A stretch of DNA of 64,000 nt, taken from contig JBCBSS010000018.1 in assembly GCA_039819065.1 (NCBI GenBank), positions 1 to 64,000 on the forward strand, written 5' to 3'. Each line of letters begins with the position of its first letter. Within the stretch, counting starts at the first letter, position 1. Under the pieces are notes generated by a model. That model had not been told where the DNA came from. It did no database searches and was given only the letters and a program-made list of their open reading frames with translations. This document shows positions 26,796-35,755 of this stretch, piece by piece. This stretch comes from Bacteroidota bacterium (lineage in GTDB: Bacteria > Bacteroidota > Bacteroidia > Cytophagales > Cyclobacteriaceae). The position numbers were made by a program, and so were the translations under genes.

Positions 26796-27650
26796 GTGGA
26801 TATTTTCGAAGAAATTCAGCCTCTCAAAAGGCATATTAAAAAAGCTAAGTTTGAGGGCAAAACCATCGGTTTTGTGCCTACTATGGGAGCGCTACACGAA
26901 GGTCACTTAAGTCTTATCAGGGCTTCGAAGAAAAGCAATGATCTCACCGTTTGTAGTATTTATGTTAATCCAACTCAGTTCAACAATTCAGAAGATCTAG
27001 AGAAGTATCCAAAGACGTTGGACAACGATCTAAACTTATTAGAAGAGGAGGGTTGCGAAATTGTATTTTGCCCAAATGACCAGAGTATGTATAATGGGCA
27101 AAATGGGAAGTTAGAATTTAAGTTTGGTCATTTAGAAAGTACGATGGAAGGGAAATTCAGGCCGGGGCATTTCAATGGTGTGGCTTTAATTGTCTCGAAG
27201 TTTTTCAACATTTTACAACCAGATAAAGCCTATTTTGGGCAAAAAGACCTGCAGCAGTTTTTGGTTATCGAACAAGTGGTTAAAAATCTGTACTTTGATT
27301 TAGAACTGGTTTGTATACCGATATTACGAGAGTCTAATGGCTTGGCCATGTCATCAAGGAATATGAGAATAGCCCTTGAAGATAAGGAGAAGGCTTTACT
27401 GTTTTATAAGGCACTTATAGAAGCTAAACGCTTGATTATGAACAAAGTCAGTGTTGCGGAAACTAAATTACGTGTTGAAGAATTATTTAAGGGGTATGAA
27501 AGTGTTCAACTTGAATATTTTCATATTGTTGATGGAGATACATTGGAAGAAAAGCATGAAATTCGCGCTGAATCTTCCGAGAAAGTAGCGTTCTGCATAG
27601 CTGGATATGTGGGGCAAGTTCGACTGATTGATAATATGTTTTTAAACTAA
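26796..27650 (+). CDS. panC: pantoate--beta-alanine ligase
   Basis: …GFVPTMGALHEGHLSL… HIGH-type motif; GTG start. Confidence 0.93.
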   Translation: MDIFEEIQPLKRHIKKAKFEGKTIGFVPTMGALHEGHLSLIRASKKSNDLTVCSIYVNPTQFNNSEDLEKYPKTLDNDLNLLEEEGCEIVFCPNDQSMYNGQNGKLEFKFGHLESTMEGKFRPGHFNGVALIVSKFFNILQPDKAYFGQKDLQQFLVIEQVVKNLYFDLELVCIPILRESNGLAMSSRNMRIALEDKEKALLFYKALIEAKRLIMNKVSVAETKLRVEELFKGYESVQLEYFHIVDGDTLEEKHEIRAESSEKVAFCIAGYVGQVRLIDNMFLN

Positions 27651-27667
27651 GTTTTGGCGAGTAAGCA

Positions 27668-28015
27668 ATGTTTATAGAAGTTCTTAAATCCAAGATTCAT
27701 AGAGCTAAGATTACACAAGCTGAACTTCATTATGTGGGCAGTATTACCATAGATGAAGACTTGATGGAGGCAGCAGATTTAATTGAAAATGAGAAAGTTC
27801 AGATCGTTAACATCAATAATGGTGAACGATTAGAAACTTACGTAATCAAAGGAGAGAGAGGAAGCGGGATGATTTGCCTCAATGGGCCGGCCGCAAGGAA
27901 GGCTCAAGTTGGTGATATCATTATCATCATCTCTTACGCCGCTATGGAACGCGAAGAAGCCAAAGCATATAAACCAGTTGTTATCTTTCCTACCGAAAAC
28001 AATCAGCTTCCCTAA
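27668..28015 (+). CDS. panD: aspartate 1-decarboxylase
   Basis: [29 protein letters not shown]… with the pyruvoyl-forming Gly-Ser site. Confidence 0.95.
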   Translation: MFIEVLKSKIHRAKITQAELHYVGSITIDEDLMEAADLIENEKVQIVNINNGERLETYVIKGERGSGMICLNGPAARKAQVGDIIIIISYAAMEREEAKAYKPVVIFPTENNQLP

Positions 28016-28030
28016 CATCCTTATCTGAAC

Positions 28031-29089
28031 ATGTCATCTAAAATCAAGGGGCTTATTAAATTTTTGGTAATGATCCTCGTAGCCGGGCTTTTACTCTGGC
28101 TTTCTTTGAGTAGTATTCAAGTCCCTGAAGGAGAGAGCAGGACCAGCTTTCTACTAGAAAATTGGAACACGGCTGATAAGTGGTTCTTAATATTCTCAGG
28201 AATAATGGCATTAGTCAGCCACGCTGTAAGGGCTGAAAGGTGGAAGATATTATTGGCTCCATTGGGACATCAGATCAGTTTCAAGAAAAGTTTCCTTTCT
28301 GTGATGATAGGATACTTTGTTAACCTGGCCATTCCTAGAGGAGGTGAACTTTCAAGGTGTTATAACTTGTACAAGCTCGATGATGTGCCAGCAGATGAAT
28401 CCTTTGGTACGGTGATCGCCGAGAGAGTGGTTGACTTGATATTTTTAGTCTTGTTGATAGCGATATCCTTTCTAATTGAACTGGACAAGCTCATAGAGTT
28501 CTTCATGGCCATCGATTATTCAGGCGGAGGTAAAGGAGCCGAAGGTCAAGGTTTCCCATGGTTGTATGCCTTGGGAGGAGTGTTCTTTCTAGGTTTGATC
28601 GCCACTGTTTTATACCTGAGAAAGAAGAGGATTCTAAGACTTCGGATTTTATCAAAAGTGATTACTGCCTTCAAAGGCATCAAAAATGGATTAAGGGTCA
28701 TCTTCAAGTTGAAACCAGGGCGCAGAAACTTTTTTATTTTCTATTCTTTACTCATTTGGGTCCTTTATTATTTGATGAGCTATTTCGTTATTCTTGCCTT
28801 TCCTGAAACAGAAAATCTCGGCCTTTTGGCTACGTTGACCATTTTTGTGATCGGAGGTATAGCAATGGCAATTCCACTGCCTGGCGGCACAGGCAGCTAT
28901 CATGTATTGGTTCCTTTAGGGCTGAGCTATCTGTATCAGTTGGCGGATGATAAAGCCAAGGCGTTTACCTTTATATTCCATGGCTGGCAATTGGTGATCA
29001 TCATCATTTTTGGGTTAATGGCACTTATATGGAGTCGATTGTTGTACAAAACGAAATTGAGAAATGCCAACGTCCGAAAAAATACTTGA
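28031..29089 (+). CDS. flippase-like / lysylphosphatidylglycerol-synthase TM-region family membrane protein
   Basis: polytopic membrane protein; assigned by overall resemblance to LPG_synthase_TM-type proteins. Confidence 0.55.
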   Translation: MSSKIKGLIKFLVMILVAGLLLWLSLSSIQVPEGESRTSFLLENWNTADKWFLIFSGIMALVSHAVRAERWKILLAPLGHQISFKKSFLSVMIGYFVNLAIPRGGELSRCYNLYKLDDVPADESFGTVIAERVVDLIFLVLLIAISFLIELDKLIEFFMAIDYSGGGKGAEGQGFPWLYALGGVFFLGLIATVLYLRKKRILRLRILSKVITAFKGIKNGLRVIFKLKPGRRNFFIFYSLLIWVLYYLMSYFVILAFPETENLGLLATLTIFVIGGIAMAIPLPGGTGSYHVLVPLGLSYLYQLADDKAKAFTFIFHGWQLVIIIIFGLMALIWSRLLYKTKLRNANVRKNT

Positions 29090-29543
29090 TCTTAAGAAAC
29101 TACAAGCCACAATAACCAATTGGCAATCTGAGGGGGACAAAGTTGTATTCACCAATGGTTGTTTTGATATCATTCATCTTGGGCATATAGATTACCTTGA
29201 AAAAGCGCGGAATCTGGGAGATAGGTTAATCGTAGCGTTGAATACTGATGCTTCTGTGAGTGGATTAAAGGGACCGAGCAGGCCGGTGGTAAATGAATAT
29301 GCAAGGGCGCGTGTAATGTCAGCACTAGAATTCGTGGATGCGGTGACTTTTTTTAGTGAAAATACCCCTTACGAACTGATCAAAATGCTAAAACCTGATA
29401 TTTTAGTGAAAGGAAGTGACTATTTGGCAGACAATATCGTTGGCGCAGATGTTGTTATAGACAATGGGGGTCAGGTGCTTACCGTAGAATTGGTAGAAGG
29501 TTACTCGACTTCCAGTATTATTAACAAAATCAAGTCAAACTAA
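29064..29543 (+). CDS. rfaE2: D-glycero-beta-D-manno-heptose 1-phosphate adenylyltransferase (cytidylyltransferase-fold)
   Basis: …VFTNGCFDIIHLGHIDYLEKAR… nucleotidyltransferase HxGH motif; about 159 aa; overlaps the upstream gene by 26 nt. Confidence 0.8.
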   Translation: MPTSEKILDLKKLQATITNWQSEGDKVVFTNGCFDIIHLGHIDYLEKARNLGDRLIVALNTDASVSGLKGPSRPVVNEYARARVMSALEFVDAVTFFSENTPYELIKMLKPDILVKGSDYLADNIVGADVVIDNGGQVLTVELVEGYSTSSIINKIKSN

Positions 29544-29554
29544 AAAAGTGAAGT

Positions 29555-30244
29555 ATGTTACTGATTATCATTGTTGGTTTCATGATTGTGAGCTTCGCTG
29601 TGAGCTCAACACTAAAGAGGAAATTCAAGAAGTATTCCCAAATCCCTTTAAATGCTAATTTGTCTGGGGCACAAGCCGCAGAGTTGATGTTAGTAGATTA
29701 CGGCATAAGAGATGTTCGAATTGTATCGGTTCCTGGACAATTGACAGACCACTATAATCCTGCTACTAAAACAGTGAACCTGAGTGAGGAAGTATATCAC
29801 GGTCGTAATGCTGCGGCTGTCGCGGTTGCCACTCACGAATGTGGCCATGCTGTGCAACATGCAACAGCTTACAGTATGTTGGAGATGAGGTCTGCACTTG
29901 TACCGTTGCAAAACGTAAGTGCAAGAATTATCAACATCATATTCATTGCTATGTTTGTTGGAGCTTTTGCGCTACCACAAATCATTCCTTTCAATTTAGC
30001 GCTTATCGTTATCATTAGCTGTTATGCTATTTTCACATTATTTGCTGTGGTAACATTACCAGTGGAATTCGATGCCAGCAAAAGGGCACTCAGTTGGGTG
30101 CAAGAGAGAGGCATAGTTACTGACCGAGAACATTGGATGGCAAAGGATGCATTGAAATGGGCAGCAATGACTTATGTGGTGGCGGCACTTTCATCATTAG
30201 TGATGCTGCTTTACTATCTCAGTCTTCTGACCGGAAACGACTAA
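29555..30244 (+). CDS. membrane-associated neutral zinc metallopeptidase (YpfJ-like)
   Basis: HExxH in ATHECGHAVQHA, with flanking TM helices. Confidence 0.8.
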   Translation: MLLIIIVGFMIVSFAVSSTLKRKFKKYSQIPLNANLSGAQAAELMLVDYGIRDVRIVSVPGQLTDHYNPATKTVNLSEEVYHGRNAAAVAVATHECGHAVQHATAYSMLEMRSALVPLQNVSARIINIIFIAMFVGAFALPQIIPFNLALIVIISCYAIFTLFAVVTLPVEFDASKRALSWVQERGIVTDREHWMAKDALKWAAMTYVVAALSSLVMLLYYLSLLTGND

Positions 30245-30335
30245 AATCCTATCAATAGACGAAATCCTTCATTGTACCATTAGGATAAATGAAAGGTATT
30301 CATCATCATAAATAGGGTTAGAAATTGTAATTTAG

Positions 30336-30367
30336 CGGGGCCTTGAACAGGCCTCGTTTTTTTTTGT
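30336..30367 (+). terminator. rho-independent terminator ending the panC-panD-…-metallopeptidase plus-strand run
   Basis: GGGGCCT-tgaac-AGGCCTC hairpin followed by TTTTTTTTT. Confidence 0.65.
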
Positions 30368-30396
30368 TTAAACTCTAACGCTATTAAATACAAAAA

Positions 30397-31536
30397 ATGA
30401 ATTTCGAACTTACAGAAGAGCAACTCGCGGTTCAGGCTGCGGCTAGAGAATTTGCACAGACCGAACTACTTCCAGGTGTTATTGAAAGAGATGAAAAACA
30501 ACAATTCCCCAAGGAACAAATAAGAAAAATGGGGGAGCTTGGTTTTATGGGTATGATGGTCGACCCGAAGTACAACGGTGGGGGTATGGATACCGTATCC
30601 TATGTTTTGGCCATGGAAGAGATTTCCAAGATAGACGCTTCTGCTTCTGTAAGTATGTCCGTAAATAACTCGCTGGTATGCTGGGGTATAGAGAAGTACG
30701 GTACTGAAGAACAAAAGGAAAAATACTTGACTAGGTTGGCTACAGGGGAGATCATAGGAGCATTCTGCTTGTCAGAGCCAGAAGCGGGATCTGATGCCAC
30801 TAGCCAGAGAACTACTGCCGAGGATAAGGGAGACCATTACTTGTTAAATGGTACCAAAAACTGGATTACCAATGGTAATAGTGCAAGTGTTTATCTAGTG
30901 ATTGCACAGACTGATGCGGAGAAAAAGCACAAAGGAATCAACTGCCTGATTGTCGAAGAAGGTATGGAAGGATTCGTGGTAGGTAAGAAAGAGGACAAAC
31001 TCGGAATCAGAGGCTCTGACACGCACTCGTTGATGTTTACAGATGTAAAGGTGCCTAAGGAGAATAGAATCGGTGAAGATGGTTTCGGCTTCAGTTTTGC
31101 CATGAATACGCTTAATGGAGGTCGTGTTGGTATTGCAGCGCAAGCTTTAGGTATAGCCTCAGGAGCTTATGAGCTATCTTTGAAATACTCTCAAGAGCGT
31201 AAGGCCTTCGGTAAAGAAATCGTAAAGCACCAAGCCATAGCTTTCAAACTGGCTGATATGGCCACTGAAATAGATGCAGCAAGACTACTCTGTTTAAGGG
31301 CTGCGTACCTGAAAGATCAAGGTCAGGACTTTGCGAAAGCTGGTGCGATGGCGAAGCTTTATGCCTCAGAAGTAGCTATGAAAACCACTGTTGAAGCCGT
31401 TCAAGTGCATGGTGGATATGGCTATGTGAAGGAGTATCACGTGGAGCGATTAATGCGTGATGCTAAGATCACTCAAATCTACGAGGGTACCTCAGAAATC
31501 CAAAGGGTAGTCATTTCAAGGGAATTATTGAAATAA
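30397..31536 (+). CDS. acyl-CoA dehydrogenase (short/branched-chain type)
   Basis: 379 aa; …YASEVAMKTTVEAVQVHGGYGYVKEYHVERLMRDAKITQIYEGTSEIQR… C-terminal catalytic Glu region. Confidence 0.92.
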   Translation: MNFELTEEQLAVQAAAREFAQTELLPGVIERDEKQQFPKEQIRKMGELGFMGMMVDPKYNGGGMDTVSYVLAMEEISKIDASASVSMSVNNSLVCWGIEKYGTEEQKEKYLTRLATGEIIGAFCLSEPEAGSDATSQRTTAEDKGDHYLLNGTKNWITNGNSASVYLVIAQTDAEKKHKGINCLIVEEGMEGFVVGKKEDKLGIRGSDTHSLMFTDVKVPKENRIGEDGFGFSFAMNTLNGGRVGIAAQALGIASGAYELSLKYSQERKAFGKEIVKHQAIAFKLADMATEIDAARLLCLRAAYLKDQGQDFAKAGAMAKLYASEVAMKTTVEAVQVHGGYGYVKEYHVERLMRDAKITQIYEGTSEIQRVVISRELLK

Positions 31537-31654
31537 ATTTAGTTTTTCTGCACGGTGCTTCTTTTCTATATTTGGAAATGTCCAATTTTATTTATTAGAT
31601 TTGTACAATTTACTTTTTTAAAGGTTGGGCATATTCTAAATAATTAAACATCTA

Positions 31655-32575
31655 ATGGAAGATTATAATAAAATAATTGAATCATTGGGGGTCAGATTTT
31701 TGAAGGCAAGCAATATCAAAATATTGCAATCTCTGACCGTGCAAAATTACTACGATGTAGAAAACACCATAATTGTACTTAAAAATGGTGTAATCAAATT
31801 TGGTGAAGAGGAAAAGAAAGTGACTGATGGTCAGGCACTTTTTATACCCGGTGGAAAAGCCGTCTCCATTAATTATGGTAACTGGAAAGGTGAGGTAGTT
31901 TCCAATGAAGAATTTGCTTATCGAAAGGACGAGTTCTTTTTGTTAGACAGGGACAGAGATGAAAGAGAGAAAGTAGAATGTCGCATTAGTTATGTCACTT
32001 TCGAGGCAAAAGTTTTTGATACGGTCAATTTCTTCACCTCTCTGGATATACCTCCTTTCGTGGTAGAAAGCTCCAAAATCAACTCTATTGTCAAAGAGAT
32101 TATTGCGGAGAAATCATCTGATCAGGAGGGTAACGAAAGAGTAGTAAAGCTTAAAATAGAACACTTGGCCATTGAGTTGATCAGGTATGTAATTCATAAG
32201 CGCCTGTTCGTTGAACAGATGGCTACTAACAGTACCTACTTCAAGGATCCTAGACTCATTGATATATTCTCATACATTAAAGAGAATTTAAGTGGAGACT
32301 TATCCAATCAGGTGTTAGCCAAAGTAGCTGGCGTATCAGAAGATTATGTTGGTCAGTACTTTAAAATGCTGACTGGTATCAATCCTCAAGATTACATCGA
32401 ATACCAGCGTATGGAGCATGCTGTAAACCTGCTTAGAACTACAAAGAAGAGCATCAGGGAGATTGGTTCAGAGTGCGGTTATAAGGACACAGCTTATTTC
32501 TGTCGCAGATTTAAAATGATGTTCGGTATACCAGCAGGTAAAATGAGAAGAAGAGAGTCTTTAATGAATGTTTAA
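31655..32575 (+). CDS. AraC-family transcriptional regulator
   Basis: C-terminal double HTH (…IREIGSECGYKDTAYFCRRFKMMFGIPAG…). Confidence 0.8.
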   Translation: MEDYNKIIESLGVRFLKASNIKILQSLTVQNYYDVENTIIVLKNGVIKFGEEEKKVTDGQALFIPGGKAVSINYGNWKGEVVSNEEFAYRKDEFFLLDRDRDEREKVECRISYVTFEAKVFDTVNFFTSLDIPPFVVESSKINSIVKEIIAEKSSDQEGNERVVKLKIEHLAIELIRYVIHKRLFVEQMATNSTYFKDPRLIDIFSYIKENLSGDLSNQVLAKVAGVSEDYVGQYFKMLTGINPQDYIEYQRMEHAVNLLRTTKKSIREIGSECGYKDTAYFCRRFKMMFGIPAGKMRRRESLMNV

Positions 32576-33343
32576 AGACTTATTAAAATCATAGACTTTT
32601 TCAGAAACCTCAATCATTAGATTGGGGTTTTTTTCTATTGCATTGCCAATAACTATAACGTCAGCACCAGCCTCTAAGGCTTCCTGGGCTTTCTGCGGGG
32701 TATTAATTCCTCCTCCTACAATTAAAGGTGCATCTACTGATCTTCGCACTGCACTCACCATTTTGGCGTTTACAGGTGCTTCAGCACCACTTCCTGCGTC
32801 AAGGTAAATCAATTTTAACCCCAGCATTTCTCCGGCTAGAGCAGTTGAAGCAGCTATTGAATACTTTTCAGCGGGGATAGGAGTAGTATTGCTAATGTAT
32901 GAAGCCGCAGTAGGCCGGCCTGAATTCACCAGAACGTAGCCGGTTGGTATTACTTCCATTTGACTATTCTTCAGAATTGGTGCTGCTGCTACATGTTGGC
33001 CGATTAGCAGTTCTGGATTACGTCCTGATATCAATGATAAGAATAGAATAGCATCAGCAGACAGATCTATATGCATATTGCTGCCAGGGAATAATACAAT
33101 TGGGATATTTGAGCCTTCCCTGATCACACCAACAATGTCTGGGATGTTATTCTGGGTAATGAGACTTCCGCCAACGAAGAAAAAATCCACACAGCTCTCC
33201 TTAGCCATGTTCAATAGCTCCAACAAGCTGCTATGTTCAGTAACCTTATCAGGATCTATTAAAACGGCAAGCGACTTTTGGCCAACTTTATTCCTCTCCT
33301 GAAGAGCCTTGTATATCTGCATTATTCTTGTTGTTGAGTTCAT
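32561..33343 (-). CDS. pcrB: geranylgeranylglyceryl / heptaprenylglyceryl phosphate synthase (PcrB family)
   Basis: …LAVLIDPDK… start and TIM-barrel G-rich motifs (…VGGGINTPQKA…VIVIGNAIE…). Confidence 0.85.
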   Translation of the reverse strand: MNSTTRIMQIYKALQERNKVGQKSLAVLIDPDKVTEHSSLLELLNMAKESCVDFFFVGGSLITQNNIPDIVGVIREGSNIPIVLFPGSNMHIDLSADAILFLSLISGRNPELLIGQHVAAAPILKNSQMEVIPTGYVLVNSGRPTAASYISNTTPIPAEKYSIAASTALAGEMLGLKLIYLDAGSGAEAPVNAKMVSAVRRSVDAPLIVGGGINTPQKAQEALEAGADVIVIGNAIEKNPNLMIEVSEKVYDFNKSLNIH

Positions 33344-33695
33344 CCAGGTATTCTACCAACTTATCCTTGGCTATGGTCAGTAAGAATATAGTAGCCTGAT
33401 CTAATACTGCACTAAAAATTGAATTGCTTATGCCGGCCGGTTCTGGTTCCGCTTTTTTCTTTTTGCCATTCTGATCTTTTCCTTTTCCCTGAGGTTTCTT
33501 CTGATCGTCCATCAACTGCTTAACGACGTGATAGGCAAATATCATCGTGCCACCAATCACCAGTGCATTCTTCGAAACACCCTCCGCCTTCTTGAGTATT
33601 AATGCTACTTCCTCCTCAAATTTCTCTTTGTTCTTTTGGGATGAATTTTCGAGTTCCTGTTTCTCTTCTGTTATAGTTGGAGCTGACATAGACAA
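33288..33695 (-). CDS. hypothetical protein (possibly YtxH-like), apparently overlapping the pcrB start by 35-56 nt
   Basis: 135-aa ORF with a central hydrophobic segment and a K-rich tail. Confidence 0.35.
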   Translation of the reverse strand: MSMSAPTITEEKQELENSSQKNKEKFEEEVALILKKAEGVSKNALVIGGTMIFAYHVVKQLMDDQKKPQGKGKDQNGKKKKAEPEPAGISNSIFSAVLDQATIFLLTIAKDKLVEYLDELNNKNNADIQGSSGEE

Positions 33696-34076
33696 CTAAT
33701 TTTTATGATGTATTATGCTTAATATATGCTTTTTAATGCCTTCCATTAGTTTGGTATTCCTTCTTAAAAGCATCGCTATGGCAAAAAGTATCAGATAGAA
33801 TAAGGCTATTATGGCATATCCAGCGTAGGTGCTATGGAGTAAATCGTTTAAGAGCGCACTAATGGCCAGGCTTCCAAAAATGAGAAAGACGAACAGTGCC
33901 AAATAGGAAAAAGAAAGTACGATGAACTTTGATAGAATGGTGGCCAGCTCATCTTTGGCTTCCAACTTGTATAGCTCTAAGCGGTCGTTGATATAGCTTG
34001 ATAGGCTATTGGTAATTCCGTCTAGCTTTAAGAAGCTTAGTAATCCCTTCTGTTTACTCACTTTTAGGTTTTTCAC
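33696..34076 (-). CDS. phage-holin-family-3 (Holin-X-like) two-TM membrane protein
   Basis: 126 aa with two TM helices and the topology of Bacteroidota 'phage holin family protein'; no other phage genes nearby. Confidence 0.5.
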   Translation of the reverse strand: MKNLKVSKQKGLLSFLKLDGITNSLSSYINDRLELYKLEAKDELATILSKFIVLSFSYLALFVFLIFGSLAISALLNDLLHSTYAGYAIIALFYLILFAIAMLLRRNTKLMEGIKKHILSIIHHKN

Positions 34077-34224
34077 TAATATATACCTAAAAGTAGAAAT
34101 TTATAGCGAACTATTAATGCTTTGCGTACGGCTACATTCACACCAGGTTCACTTCATTTTAGAATCATGATGTCTTGATAAAGATTTGAAGGAATTAGAT
34201 AGAACAAGGTTAGGCCGTGCCAAT

Positions 34225-35466
34225 TCAGTCTTTGGAGATAGCTATCAAAGTAGCTTTTTCAGATGAAGGTTGCTTAACCTCTATAGACACTTTGGTATTG
34301 GTGATCGATGCCGCTTCCTTATCTTTCATGTTATCCTTGCTGAAGAATATAAGTGTGAAGGGAATGAGGAAGAAAGTCAATATGATGTAGGCGAAACCGG
34401 CTAATCTGTAGTTGATGGTAATACGACCCAAAAAGTTAGCCATGGTTGTCAGCAAGTTTCTAAGGGGAGCTAGTGGCAAAAAGAGAAACACACCTATCAT
34501 ATTGAAAAGCAAATGCGTGATAGCAATGCTCAATGCCGCACTAGAGTCGAAAAGCAGTGCGATAAATGCAGTGATGGTAGTACCAATATTTGCCCCAAGA
34601 ATAAAAGGTATGGCATTTTTAAGCTTGACCTTACCCGTAGCTACTAGTGGTACTATCAAGGAAGTAGTTACAGAGCTTGATTGTATCAAAGCAGTGATAC
34701 CAGTGCCCCACGCGAATGACTTAATGGGTTTTTTGAACACATAATTTCGTAACCTACCCTTTGACTCTCCAATCACAAACTTGTATATCAATTTAGACAT
34801 GAGTTTGATTGAGGCAAACAACAGTATAAATGCCAATACAATAGCTATATAAGGGTTGTCTACAACTTGCGATAAATAAGTATCAACCGGTAAGGATTCG
34901 AATAGATTAAAACCTCCTTCCTGCGTCTGGTCTATGATAATATAAGAAGACAGATTACTGGTAATAGCCTGTGCTGTACCGGAAAGAAAACCGTAAAAAT
35001 ATTCGAGTGGGAATAGGACAATGGTAGTTAAGATATTGAAAAAATCATGTGCTGTACCTGCTGCAATAGCCTTTCTGAATTCATTTCTTTTAGTAATAAA
35101 ACCAAGTGACACAATAGTGCTGGTAATGGTAGTACCAATGTTCGCACCCATTACCATGGGCACAGCACTTTCCATTGATAGAGACCCTGATGCTACGGCC
35201 GCCACAAAAAGGGAAGTACTGGCCGAGCTGCTTTGCACCAAAGCTGTAATGAGTAGCCCTATAAATAAAGAAATAAAAGGGTTGGAGGTAGCATAAATAA
35301 TGGATTCGGCGGCACTGACCCCTAATTCAGAGAATCCACTGACCATCAAATCGAGTGAAAGCAGGAAAACGAACAGCACACCACCAATGGCAAGAATTTT
35401 CTTGGCCACGGATATGTGTACCGTACTATCCTTTTCATTCATAATGTCTTGACTGTCAATGTACAT
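34225..35466 (-). CDS. Na/Pi cotransporter family protein
   Basis: duplicated Na_Pi_cotrans repeats (…QSSSASTSLFVA… / …QSSSVTTSLIVPL…). Confidence 0.85.
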   Translation of the reverse strand: MYIDSQDIMNEKDSTVHISVAKKILAIGGVLFVFLLSLDLMVSGFSELGVSAAESIIYATSNPFISLFIGLLITALVQSSSASTSLFVAAVASGSLSMESAVPMVMGANIGTTITSTIVSLGFITKRNEFRKAIAAGTAHDFFNILTTIVLFPLEYFYGFLSGTAQAITSNLSSYIIIDQTQEGGFNLFESLPVDTYLSQVVDNPYIAIVLAFILLFASIKLMSKLIYKFVIGESKGRLRNYVFKKPIKSFAWGTGITALIQSSSVTTSLIVPLVATGKVKLKNAIPFILGANIGTTITAFIALLFDSSAALSIAITHLLFNMIGVFLFLPLAPLRNLLTTMANFLGRITINYRLAGFAYIILTFFLIPFTLIFFSKDNMKDKEAASITNTKVSIEVKQPSSEKATLIAISKD

Positions 35467-35755
35467 CTGCTCGCCAGATTCGAAAAATATCCGGCAAAGT
35501 TAGCAGAATTATCATTTCGCTCTCGACGAAATATGTGAAGCTATTGTTAAGCTACGATTGTGCGCGAATTGCATTCTGTTGGCTCTTGCAGGCCCGCCTA
35601 TCAAACAATATGCTAAGAAAATATCCAACGTTTTGGGCGCTCTGTAGTTATGGTCATGATGAAAGCTTAACATAAAGGTAACATGAACTAGATGTGATCT
35701 TTTCAATCGCATTTGAATTTATTAATTAGTTTTGTTCGCACTCGATATAGAATAA

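Noticed and set aside
33696-34076. prophage or lysis cassette
   Set aside because: The gene matches a holin-family-3 profile by topology, but no terminase, portal, capsid, tail, lysin or integrase genes flank it. It is treated as a chromosomal membrane protein.
35512-35712. 66-aa ORF in the divergent Na/Pi promoter region
   Set aside because: No RBS context; it occupies the shared regulatory interval, and the predicted protein is low complexity.
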